From contig NC_086382.1 in NCBI RefSeq assembly GCF_036588685.1, positions 44,729,552 through 44,793,551 of the forward strand: DNA of 64,000 bases, read 5' to 3'. Source of the DNA: Mytilus trossulus (Eukaryota). The translations under genes and the position numbers were made by a program. Of this stretch, positions 1 to 10,491 are shown piece after piece (positions within the stretch are counted from its first letter, which is position 1; the number at the start of each line of letters is the position of its first letter). The notes under the pieces were generated by a model that did no database searches, was not told where the DNA came from, and was given only the letters and a program-made list of their open reading frames with translations.

Positions 1-547
1 AACTTCTTCTTCTTCTTTCCTCTATAACTTCCTCCAATAGTTGGAGTACACCAACCTTACTAAATTAAGGTTGGTTAAACCCTTATAATTAATTATTCAG
101 TGAAAACATAACTATTTAAAAATAACATTATAAAAAAAAAAATACAGTTAAATCCCTGAAAAATAATAATAATAACTTCTATGTACATTAAAAATGTGTC
201 ACAATTAAAAAGGTTATTAATATAGTTTTAAGAAAGTTTTGAATATTATTTACAGGACATACATTATAGTAAAAAATCTTTACATTTACTAAAACAGTGT
301 TACTAAAAGGTAAAAAGAAAATATAAAAATAAATAGTTTTCAGATTTCTGCCTGCTACAGCTACTACATATGTCTATGTGTACTGCTAGGCGATATATAA
401 ATCAATAAAATCATGCATATAAGCTTATATGTCCTAAGCGATCTGATTATGCATAGCCATTATAACATGTATAACTATCTGTTATATATATATATGTGTG
501 TAGCTACTGGGTATTAAAGCTAAACATGCATATTTATTCCCTTTAAA

Positions 548-948
548 GGTATAGCGCGGCACAACCACACTGACCAGTTATTCTACTATTTCATGGATTT
601 TCTCAGCATTTAATTTTACATACAGGATTGATAGGTTTAGCGCGGAACACCCACACTGACCTAGTTGTTCTGTACAAAAGGCTTGGCGATGACTGTACAT
701 TAAAGATAAGCAATGTTTCATACTACGGAGTTTAAGACAGCAAATGAAGGCATAGCGCGGGACAGCCATATTAACCTAATGAAGATTTAAAATTCGGTGT
801 ATAAGATTGATGTAATTAAGGTTTAGCGCGGAACAACCACACTGACCTAGTTGTACTGTCGAAAAATCATTAATGATTATTCCTTAGATTGTCCAGAGAA
901 TAAGCCATATTGATGATTAAGGTATAGCGCGGTACAACCACACTGACC
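548..948. repeat. Five dispersed copies of a 28-bp GC-rich core, GG(T/C)(A/T)TAGCGCGG(A/C/G)ACA(A/C)CCACACTGACC. Copies sit at 548-575, 634-661, 749-776, 820-847 and 921-948, with irregular spacing of 71-115 bp.
   Basis: Direct reading: near-identical 28-mers recur five times inside otherwise AT-rich, non-repetitive spacers. Copies 2, 4 and 5 also share a downstream extension, tagttgt(t/a)ctgt. Confidence 0.7.
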
Positions 949-2012
949 TTATGGGAACTAGATAACACAATGTAAACACCAAAACAAAAACATGCACTAT
1001 AATTGTAAAACAAAAATGTAAGCGTGTGTAAACTGATAAACTTGCAATAATGTATTGACATTTACCTCCGTGTTACGCCAAACACCTCCTTTTATCATAA
1101 TTCTCGGCATCTTGGTCTTTTACTTCTAGATCTCTGTAAAAATTGCCTAAAATGTAATTGTCTAAACAAAATTTCTCCAATAAACGTTTTGGGTATAAAT
1201 AAATTTAGCTAATAACCAAAATTAACAACGGACACGAATGTCTTTTAGATACTCAACTCTATATATGATGATTAACTACATTTCTGTCCAGTTTTATTAT
1301 GCTTGATATGTTTTGTATAGTTTTTATATTTAATATAACCAAAATTAATAATTTTAAGAACAAAATTCGATAAATACATTTTATCTTGGTAACATGGTAA
1401 AAATGAACACTTTATTTTACTGCAGACCAATAGAAAAACCAGAGAGAATCGAACGATATTTCCCCGCCCTTTTGAAAATAGCTGGAAAAGCAGCTGGACT
1501 GTTTACAATTGTTTCCCAAGCATTATCAGATACAAATACAGTATAACAGAAAATCTTTCTAGATGGTCACCTAATATTCCTATTTGATTCATTGCAGATG
1601 TGATGTGCTTCTTTGAAGGAGGTAATTTCTTACACAGATGGCCACAATCATTTTGAACAGTGAAATACATCTATAGCAAATAAATTGTTCTGATCTCAAG
1701 GCATCATATGTGAGCCATTACCACCACTATGCCCTTTTGATTACTTTGCATTTGTTGTTAATCAAAACATTTGAAAAATACCTGCATGATCAACATATTT
1801 GAATGAAATATCTTAATGATAGTCAATTTGCCAACTATCTATTTGATTATGTTATAAATACAGAAATTTATTCTCATTTTCAAATAAAGTCTGGTTCTTT
1901 ATTATAAATTTGGGGTCTGTCCTCAAAACCGAAAAGGCAAAATAAGTTGAACATGAAATATCAGCATTTGAACTAAGGGAGCTACCATTTGATTTTTATG
2001 GGGGGGCTAGGA

Positions 2013-2205
2013 TGAAAATTTTTGTCCTGCATTTTTGTTAGCTGTAATCTCTGTGATCCTGCCTTTTTATTTGTGACTCTGTTCGGTCCTGTCTTTTTTT
2101 TTTAGTTTGTCCTGACTATTTTTTACCTAAATTGTCATGCTGACTTTTTTTTTTTTTTGCAAGTGTCTCATTCAGCCTTTTTAGCTCACCTGACCTTTTT
2201 CATCC
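2013..2205. repeat. Degenerate minisatellite of about 28-32 bp, roughly seven copies, with consensus (t)GTCCTG(N)CTTTTT(n). It ends in a 'tttagctcacctgacc' motif.
   Basis: Repeated gtcctgc/gatcctgcc/ggtcctgtc/gtcctgac/tgctgac units, each followed by a T-run. The terminal tttagctcacctg resembles the hairpin head at 14825 and the sequence at 11996. Confidence 0.5.
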
Positions 2206-4378
2206 AAAAAACCCCTAAAAATGCAATGAAATGGCGATTTTTATATATTATGGCCTTCTTTAAAGTATTCTATAACTAAACATATACTTAAAGATGCAAA
2301 TTTTCATACGAATAAAATTGAGAATGGAAATGGGGAATGTGTCAAAGAGACAACAACCCGACCAAAATAAAAAAACACACAACAGCAGAAGGTCACCAAC
2401 AGGTCTTCAATGTAGCGAGAAATTCCCGCACCCGGAGGCGTCCTTCAGCTGGCCCCTAAACAAATATATACTAGTTCAGTGATAATGAACGCCATACTAA
2501 TTTCCAAATTGTACACAATAAACTAAAATTTAAATAATACAAGACTAACAAAGGCCAGAGGCTCCTGACTTGGGACAGGCGCAAAAATGCGGCGGGGTTA
2601 AACATGTTTGTGAGATCTCAACCCTCCCCCTATACCTCTAACCAGTGTAGAAAAGTAAAAGCATAACAATACGCACATTAAAATTCAGTTCAAGAGAAGT
2701 CCGAGTCTGATGTCAGAAGATGTAACCAAAGAAAATAAACAAAATGACAATAATACATAAATAACAACAGACTACTAGCAGTTAACTGACATGCCAGCTC
2801 CAGACTTCAATTAAACTGACTGAAAGATTATGATTTCATCATATGAACATCAGGCACAATCCTTCCCGTAAGGGGTTTAGTATCATACCATCATAACATA
2901 TATGAGAAGAACATAACCCGTGTCATGCCAACAACTGTTTTTAGAATAAATGTGTTTAGTTCCGACGCAAAGACCTTATCAGTGACTCAATATTAACGCC
3001 AAAATATGCAATCTTTAATGACTTGACAACAGTATCGTAATTATATCCCTTCTTAATAAGTCTATTCAAAGGTTTTGTAAGTTTATGAGGTGAATACTGA
3101 CACCTTTGTGCTTTATAAAGAATATTTCCATAAAAAATTGGATGTGAAATACCTGAACGTATAAAAAGTCTGCATGTTGAGCTATATTTACGAATGATGT
3201 CTTTATACCGATGATAAAATTTAGTAAATGTTTTGACTAGTTTGTGATATCGAAAACCCTGGTATAATAATTTTTCAGTAATACATAAATTTCTCTCTAA
3301 CAATACTTTGTTTTTTAAAACAAACTTTTTATGGTTAAATTGTTAACTATTTCGAACAGATTGAAAAAAATATAACAAATGTTTAATAAACATGAAATCA
3401 CAGGCATTTTTTTTATATGTGAAACAAGTAATTTCTACCAGTTTAGCAGATAAACTTTTTACTCAGCTAGATTAATCAATGAGTGATAGATTTCTCTTAG
3501 AAGAAATTTAAAGGTCCTGGTAAATAAACAACAGAGAACAATACCTGTCGTATTTGTTAGATGGGACAATAGAACTGCCAAAAGTTTAAATGGACAGGTA
3601 ACTTGCAGGTGAATCTATGGAAAGGTTCAATAGGGTGCGCAATAAGGGAATTGACAAATTGTGAGTCTAGTTTATAAATTGATGTTTTGATTTGAGTAAG
3701 ACTAGGTCTATCTCTTTTGTTGCTATGTTGTAGTCAATGTGAACAAGTGTTTCACTAAATGCTAGACCAGGCATAGCGGTCATAAAACTTTCGAGTCAGT
3801 TTTTTTTTGTACTCGTATATTTCAAAAATATTAATCAACCAGTTGCACCTTCCGCATGGCAGCTAAGGGAAGTAACTTGCACTTACTATTGAAATTTAAT
3901 TATGTAAGATTTTAATCAATAACAAACAAAACAGCTGTTTCTCAAAATAGAATAATTGGTTGTAATTTAAAAACTAAAGCAGTAAGAGCAAAAATATTGG
4001 TCATAATTATTAAAAAAAAATTGGTTAATTTTAAGCAGATATTGCTGCTGAAATATGTAGCAAATTAGAATAATACATTTTTGTTATACAAGGATAAAAT
4101 ATTGTTGCTTTTACGACAGTAGCAAATTTTACATACAAATCATAGTTTTATGAGTTATTGCCCTTAAAGGATAATATTATTGTGTACTAGTTTCCCCTAT
4201 CTTGTTAAAAAAATTATATGATACAACAAATAAACAAGATAACACTGTCCATCTTTATTTTAAATGTACATTACACATGTCGTATCTTAATAACCTCATA
4301 TTTTATCTTTCATATTATATCTTCATGTGTAAATAATTTGATTTAAAAGTTTTTTTAATACATAAGGGTTCATCAAAA

Positions 4379-6088
4379 ATGGCTTCCTCTAAGTCTTTAC
4401 AAAGAGAACAAATTCCAGTGGGTTGTGAACTTTGTGATGGTGGGAATAAAATCAAATTTAAATGTTTGGACTGTCAACTTTTAATGTGCGGCCGATGCAA
4501 GGATAAAGTCCACGCTAGATTTAAAAATGCAACTGAACATAAGATTAGAGACATTAAAGAGCTGGTTCAGGAAGAAGAAGTGGACACATTTAACTTTAGT
4601 GATGTAAAATGTGTAGAACATCCAGACCAGGCTTGCTGTGTATATTGTCAAACTTGTAAGAAAGTCATCTGTTTAAAATGTGTAACCAAAATCCACAATG
4701 GACACACCTTTATTGACGAAGAAGAGCTTAATGATAAAAAGACGATAACTAGAAGTGGACAGAAGAAAGCAGATGAAAGTATAAAAATTTTGACCAGTAC
4801 TTTAGACAAAGTACAGGACATAAAAGATCAGGAAGATGCTAAATTTAGAAAAATCAAGCAAGATATCTTTAGTCACAGGGATGCTTTTAAAAGTGAAGTT
4901 GATAAGCATGCTGATAATCTTGTAAAAGATCTGGAGCAGACATGGGAATTAAATAGCCAGGAAATCGGGACAGAGTATAGCCATATTAAAGAGACCTTAG
5001 AAAACTTGCAGAGCAAGAGTAACACTGTAAAAAGATCGACAACTTCAAAAGATTTTGTTAAATTCTTTGATGATTTTGATAAATTTGCTGTTTCATTTTG
5101 TGGAGATGCACCACAAGAAAACCTTGACTTTTCATTATTGGGGAGATTCTTACCAGACAAAATGGTGAATTTTGGATCAATCGAAAATACAAAAAACTTG
5201 GATATTCAACAACCTAAAATTGATTTTAAAATTGTGAAACAATTCACCATACAATTAAGAAATGTTCATCATATTTGCAGATGTTCTGATGGTACTATGT
5301 GGATATATGATGCTTCTCAAGAAAAGTTACACCACATAAGATTTAAAAAAAACAATATTAAGATTATGTCAGAGTTGCACATTTCTATTTGTGACATGGC
5401 AGTCATGAATGCATGCAACCACCTGCTTTTGGCATTTATAGGTAAAACAAGTCTGAACATATTGTTTAGTAAATGGACTGGCAAACAGATCATGAATTCC
5501 AATTATGATGTGAAATCATATACATCACAAAGTGAACCAGAATGCCTTCATATAACCAAAGATAACAGAGTTATAGTAGGTGTTGGAGGGGGAGGCACAA
5601 AGGCTGCTGTGGTAGTAATGGGCCAGGATGGTAGATGCCAGGCAAAATATGAAGAAGACAGCAACAAAGAATCATTATTTACATGGCCTAGATTAATTAC
5701 AAGCACCAACAATGGCAATATCTGTGTTGTGGATGAAAAAGATTTGGATTATAGAGTCTTGGTATTAGGAAAAGAAGGAGAAATCAAACAGGTGTACACT
5801 GGTCAACCCACAATTAACACGGAAGAAAAACCATTTAAACCCTCTCACCTGCTTACAACTCCTGCAGATAATATTGTAGTTACAGATTTATTCATTTCTA
5901 CACTACACATATTGAACTCTGAAGGAAAATTTATTGGACATTACAATCTTCATGACATTGGAATTATATATCCATGTAGACTCACTTTGTCTACAGAAGG
6001 ACATATGTATATAGGATGTTCAAATAAAAAGGACAGCCCAGAAACTTTAAAAGCTAAAATTTATGAGTTGGAATATTCCGGATTCTAG
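4379..6088 (+). CDS. Intronless TRIM-like protein of 569 aa. It has two B-box-type zinc fingers, a coiled-coil region, and a C-terminal NHL-like beta-propeller region.
   Basis: Uninterrupted ORF with a good Kozak context (caaaaATGG). Both B-boxes show the canonical Cys/His spacing, CELCDGGNKIKFKCLDCQLLMCGRCKDKVHARF...H and CVEHPDQACCVYCQTCKKVICLKCVTKIHNGH. The middle section is charged with heptad-like periodicity (DKVQDIKDQEDAKFRKIKQD..., LEQTWELNSQEIGTEYSHIKETLENLQ). The C-terminal blocks are rich in V/I/G/D/N (NGNICVVDEKDLDYRVLVLGKEGE, PADNIVVTDLFISTLHILNSEGKFIGHY), typical of NHL blades. An A-rich poly(A)-signal-like tract lies downstream at about 6163. Confidence 0.8.
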   Translation: MASSKSLQREQIPVGCELCDGGNKIKFKCLDCQLLMCGRCKDKVHARFKNATEHKIRDIKELVQEEEVDTFNFSDVKCVEHPDQACCVYCQTCKKVICLKCVTKIHNGHTFIDEEELNDKKTITRSGQKKADESIKILTSTLDKVQDIKDQEDAKFRKIKQDIFSHRDAFKSEVDKHADNLVKDLEQTWELNSQEIGTEYSHIKETLENLQSKSNTVKRSTTSKDFVKFFDDFDKFAVSFCGDAPQENLDFSLLGRFLPDKMVNFGSIENTKNLDIQQPKIDFKIVKQFTIQLRNVHHICRCSDGTMWIYDASQEKLHHIRFKKNNIKIMSELHISICDMAVMNACNHLLLAFIGKTSLNILFSKWTGKQIMNSNYDVKSYTSQSEPECLHITKDNRVIVGVGGGGTKAAVVVMGQDGRCQAKYEEDSNKESLFTWPRLITSTNNGNICVVDEKDLDYRVLVLGKEGEIKQVYTGQPTINTEEKPFKPSHLLTTPADNIVVTDLFISTLHILNSEGKFIGHYNLHDIGIIYPCRLTLSTEGHMYIGCSNKKDSPETLKAKIYELEYSGF

Positions 6089-6769
6089 TGATCTAAAACA
6101 ATATGAAAAAAATATTTTCAATTTTAATTATTTTCCTGCTATACACATGAAATAACAAAAATATAATAAAAAAAAAAAAAACATGTCGATATATATCATT
6201 AATTTGGAATTAATTTGAATGTTATTTTGACTCCTAAAAACATTTATGAATTTCATATTCTAAAAAGTGTGAATAATTAAAAGGATTGATTATAGATATA
6301 TCCACAAACCTGTATTTCATTTTATAGACAAGTGTGGACACAGACTGGTGTTTTCTGATGTGCAAATTTTTCATAATGACTTGTGCCAGGATTGCTTGTG
6401 CCAGGATTGCTTTGACAGATGTGGAAACTAAGGACAACTTTTAGACGAAACACTTGAAAATTAACATGACTGATATTAGTCTGTAAATATGTTGTTTACT
6501 TGATTTTATCATTTCCAAAGATCAAACTGATTTAAAGGATTGGAAAAAAGAAAAATGATCAAACTTTGAATTATGAATTAATTGCAAGAAAAAAGTGTCA
6601 ATACTGCAGAATGTAAGGGGAAATATTGATATTGATATATTGATATTGCAATGAATAAATATAGCATATTTTATGTTTTAAGACATATACAAATAAGTCA
6701 GATGACCAAAACCGTTTATTGATTTCTTATAGGAGTTATTGTTCATGAAGCACATTTTTAATTAGGGCC

Positions 6770-7520
6770 GATAGTGATCAGTCTGTTCGTATGTCCGTCC
6801 GTCCGTCTGTCCGTAACACACGTTTGCTCCATATCTAGAGAACCATTATGATTTCATATTTAATACTTAACATGATTATTAACCAACACCAGAGGGTGTG
6901 TCATGTTGTATGTACAACTTCCTAGGTCAAAGGTCAAGGTCAAAATTTTTGGTTTCAGTTGACAACCATGTGTCCTGTGGTGAAGATCGTGTCCGCGCCA
7001 TATCTAGATAACCATTATGATTTCAAAGTTTATACTTGACATCCATTTTAACCACCACCAGAGGGCGTGTCATGATGTATGTACAACTTCTTAGGTCAAA
7101 GGTCAACGTCAAAAAAACTTTGGTTTCAGTTGACAACCCTGTGTCCTGTGGTGAAGATTGTGTCCGCTCTATATCTTGAGAACCGTTATGATTTCAAATA
7201 TTATACTTGACATCCATTTTAACCAACACCAGAGGGTGTGTCATGATGTATGTACCACTTCCTAGGTCAAAGGTCTGTCTGTCTGTTGGTCTGTCCATCG
7301 CTAACAAATTTGAGAGGATGTTATTATTTCATACTTTATACCTGACAAACATTTTCAACTTAACATATATATTAACCAACACCAGAGAATGTGTCATAAT
7401 GTATGCATCCTAGGTCTAAGGTCAGTCTGTCGGTCTGTCCATCCGTTCGTTGTTCTTAACAAATTGTGTCCGCTCTACCTCTTGAGAACCGTTAATATTT
7501 CATACTTTATACTTAGTGGG
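6770..7520. repeat. Tandem repeat with a unit of about 173 bp, roughly 4.3 copies, bounded and interrupted by degenerate (GTCY)n tetranucleotide tracts.
   Basis: Units start near 6826, 7000, 7172 and 7340, each reading ...atatct(a/t)gagaacc(a/g)ttatgatttca...ttaaccaacaccagagggtgtgtcatgatgtatgtacaacttcctaggtcaaaggtcaa...tttggtttcagttgacaacc.tgtgtcctgtggtgaagat... The (GTCY)n tracts sit at 6781-6820, 7277-7300 and 7425-7450. Confidence 0.8.
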
Positions 7521-8250
7521 TCATAATATATTGAAGGCATAATTCTAAAAATATGTGACAAATATCAATTGGGCAGCACCTTTAAACATGTTGTTCAAAC
7601 ATCAATCCATATATCCAGAAGTCACCTTAGAGTAGTCAACAATGAGTTCACATCATGCAGTCATATCACTATTATACTATGAAAGTAAGATGAGAATATT
7701 TATCAGTTTTAACTTAAAATCTTAGATCAAAATCACACATGAGACTATGTAATAACTTCAAATAATGCTTCATATCAGATTATCCATACAACTTATTTAC
7801 CCCACGTTATTGACAGCGGGGCCCACTGAGATGGATCCCATCTCAATGATATCTAGTTAATTTAAATTTTCAAATTTTTTGCAAAGAGTATGATCGAAAA
7901 AATTTATAGTGGCACTACTGTTCAACAAAGTTAAAGCTGCAAATAAGCTATCATGATTTATGACCAATTGTCAACTGATCCTTTATTGGAGTTATTGCCC
8001 TTGAACCAAAAGTATTTGATTTAGCAGAAATTATGTTATGTACTCATAAATGTCAAATATGTAAACCAAAGTTAGACCTACAAATAAGTCTACATGACTG
8101 AAATTGTCATTCAAGCTCTTATAGGAGTTATTGCCCTTGAAAGATAATTTTTGCCAATATTTTTTTTGTATGTTTGCAGAAAATATGATAGATGGCCTCA
8201 GACAGAAACGTTGAATGGCAAAAATGGATATCTACAAATAAGTTAATATT

Positions 8251-8705
8251 AAGATATAGAATCATATTCAAAACAGTGTGGTCCTGGCCATTGATTGACG
8301 ACCTAAATTATCCCTTTGACTGGGACAGATTAGGTGAACGTTTGTCGGTAACAATCACTGCTCACTATGTACTTGTTAAAGACTCTGAGTCTGTGGGGTC
8401 ACCAAAGGTTCTCAACACTTAAAAAAAGCAATTCGAAAAACGAATCCGGAATAATATGATGTGTTGATTTATATCAATAATATAAATCAAAACATATAGG
8501 TTATTCCTGAATAATTTTTAGAATTATTTTATTATTAAAGGCGTTAAGAACCTTTGGTGACCCCACAGTTTAAATTCTATAATAAGTAAGAAGTGAGCAA
8601 TGGTCGTTACAGACAAACGTTCACCTAATCTGTCCCAGTCAATGGGATAATTTAGGTCCTCAATCAATGGCCAGGACCACACTGTTTTGAATATGATTCT
8701 ATATC
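8251..8705. mobile_element. Long inverted repeat (foldback or MITE-like hairpin). The arms are about 170 bp each (8251-8420 and 8535-8705), separated by a loop of about 115 bp.
   Basis: The left arm is the reverse complement of the right arm, from agatatagaatcatattcaaaacagtgtggtcctggccattgattgac...ctgtggggtcaccaaaggttc to gaacctttggtgaccccacag...gtcaatcaatggccaggaccacactgttttgaatatgattctatatct. The two six-frame ORFs 8192..8422(+) and 8524..8739(-) translate to the same peptide (RYRIIFKTVWSWPLI.DLNYP.DWDRLGERLSV), which is the signature of an inverted repeat rather than of genes. Confidence 0.8.
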
Positions 8706-10020
8706 TCAGGTACAATAATTTCGGCAAAAAATTAAACATTTGTTTTTTTCATTACAAACTTTATTTATTACACTGTTATATTTTCCTCTATAATTTGGTA
8801 CATAAATTAACCAAAAAAATAGATTTGGTATGCTCCAGATGACTTTTAAAATGTTTTTATCCTTGAAAAAGCTCCAAATTATCTCCCTTTGGTGCAAAAA
8901 TGCCATTTTTGGCTTTAAAATTAAAATATCTTCTATAACTCATCGGTGACCTATAGTTTTTATTATTGTTTTCAAATAAGCTTTACATAAACTTAATAAT
9001 TAAAAAATTTAGGGATTTCTATAATTTAGTTCTTTTTTTTATTTAGATATTACCTTTATTTCTCCTATTAGTTCAACAGAATAAAAGGACAATAACAAAA
9101 ATGTATGCTTCTTTGGGAGGCAGATTGTGTGCTTAAATGAACGGTGACCCCATTTTTTTATTTCATTTTTCTATTAAGTATATGTTAAAATTCATTTATA
9201 AAAAAATATAGAGAAATCCTATACAGGTATTAGGAAAAAAAATATATTTAGACCTGCTACATACAATGACATATATAGTAAATTCACATACTTTTCAGAC
9301 AACCCACTCCCAAAATTTTAGTGCTAGTTGCTAGTTGGTACCAACCCCTTTTTTCAAAATCCTGGATCTGCTCCATGACTACAACAAGAGACTGCATGTA
9401 TTAGACTTTTAGTAAAGTAAAGTGTTCTTCATTTCACTTGCTATTGCTCCTTACGCCATTGCTAAGCTAATTACCTGAAGCAATTACCAAATATAAAACC
9501 AAAGACCTTAAAGCGGTATTTGCTGCTTCTTTATATAAACTAAACATACAGTATAAGAGCAAAGAATGGTTGTATCAGAGTCAGAATAATATGTCTGCAT
9601 AGGGTGATAAGTCTATCTGCTGACTGTTATCTTGTAAACAAGCACTTTAAAAATCTGCCTCAGCAGGTTGGTCTAGATCAAACAGTGTAGGATAAAAAGT
9701 CACATTGGATACATGTGTTTTTGTCCTGTATATGCCTGCTGTTGCTATCCAAGTTGCTGCTGAACATTAAAACCATTACATTGTCTTCATGCCATCATAT
9801 CCTGGCCTATTTTACCAATGTTCCAACCTGATAAATCTGTTAAAAGCAATACTATTCACCATTTCAATATTTCTTAACATATACTTTTTAAATTGTTTTG
9901 AAATCCCTGTTTGTTTTTGTGTGCATCAAGTTGCTCTAATTTTGAATGTACCACAGAAGTGCTTTGTGGACTTGTTTGTCTTTTTTCTATTTTTTTGCCA
10001 TGTCAGTTTCTCTTCAACAT

Positions 10021-10239
10021 ACCGTATAGCGGGTTATTTTCGCGAGTGTAAAATATCGCTATTTTCATTGAATAAGGTATACGAAATATTTTGGCGGTTA
10101 TTATTTTGGCGGATTCAACATTTTTAACATTACCTTTGCATGTACACTTTTAAATTGGTCGAATTTATTTTGGCGATTTTGTTCTATCCGCGAAAATAAG
10201 CGAAAATTTACACCCCGCGAAAATATCCTGCTATACGGT
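10021..10239. mobile_element. MITE-like element of about 220 bp with terminal inverted repeats of about 23 bp.
   Basis: The left end is ccgtatagcgggttattttcgcg and the right end is cgcgaaaatatcctgctatacgg, a reverse-complement match of about 20/23. The interior is AT-rich with repeated ttattttggcgg motifs. ORFs 9789..10127(+) and 10208..10462(-) share the mirrored peptide RIAGYFR. Confidence 0.55.
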
Positions 10240-10268
10240 ATTGAATTTTGTTGTGGTATCTTTTGTCT

Positions 10269-10491
10269 CTCTTTTTGTTTTTATCCTTTTCTTTAATAAG
10301 ATTGGTCAATGTGGGATTATGATTATAGTAAAAGTTTCTTACCCAAACCAACAGATCATAGACAAGATTTTGGTGGCATCTCTTTTTGTTTTTATCCTTT
10401 TCTTTAATAAGATTGGTCAATGTGGGATTATGATTATAGTAAAAGTTTCTTACCCAAACCAACAGATCATAGACAAGATTTTGGTGGCATC
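10269..10491. repeat. Tandem duplication, two copies of a 112-bp unit.
   Basis: 10269-10380 and 10381-10491 are near-identical (tctttttgtttttatccttttctttaataagattggtcaatgtgggattatgattatagtaaaagtttcttacccaaaccaacagatcatagacaagattttggtggcatc). This explains the duplicated peptides in ORFs 10241..10495(+) and 10208..10462(-). Confidence 0.9.

Noticed and set aside
578-1061. Six-frame ORFs 578..769(-) and 870..1061(-)
   Set aside because: They lie across the 28-bp motif cluster, have low-complexity translations, and sit in no gene-like context. They are chance ORFs in AT-rich DNA.
1394-1550. Short ORF MVKMNTLFYCRPIEKPERIERYFPALLKIAGKAAGLFTIVSQALSDTNTV (about 51 aa)
   Set aside because: It is below any reasonable length or conservation threshold and has no splice signals or known motif. 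It is most likely a chance ORF.
2956-3303. ORF 2956..3303(-), 115 aa
   Set aside because: No recognisable domain, a lysine/tyrosine-rich low-complexity translation, no splice or promoter context, and the neighbouring DNA is repeat-like. I cannot support it as a gene.
8192-8739. ORFs 8192..8422(+) and 8524..8739(-) that encode the same peptide
   Set aside because: Identical peptides on opposite strands follow directly from the 170-bp inverted repeat arms. This is not protein-coding evidence.
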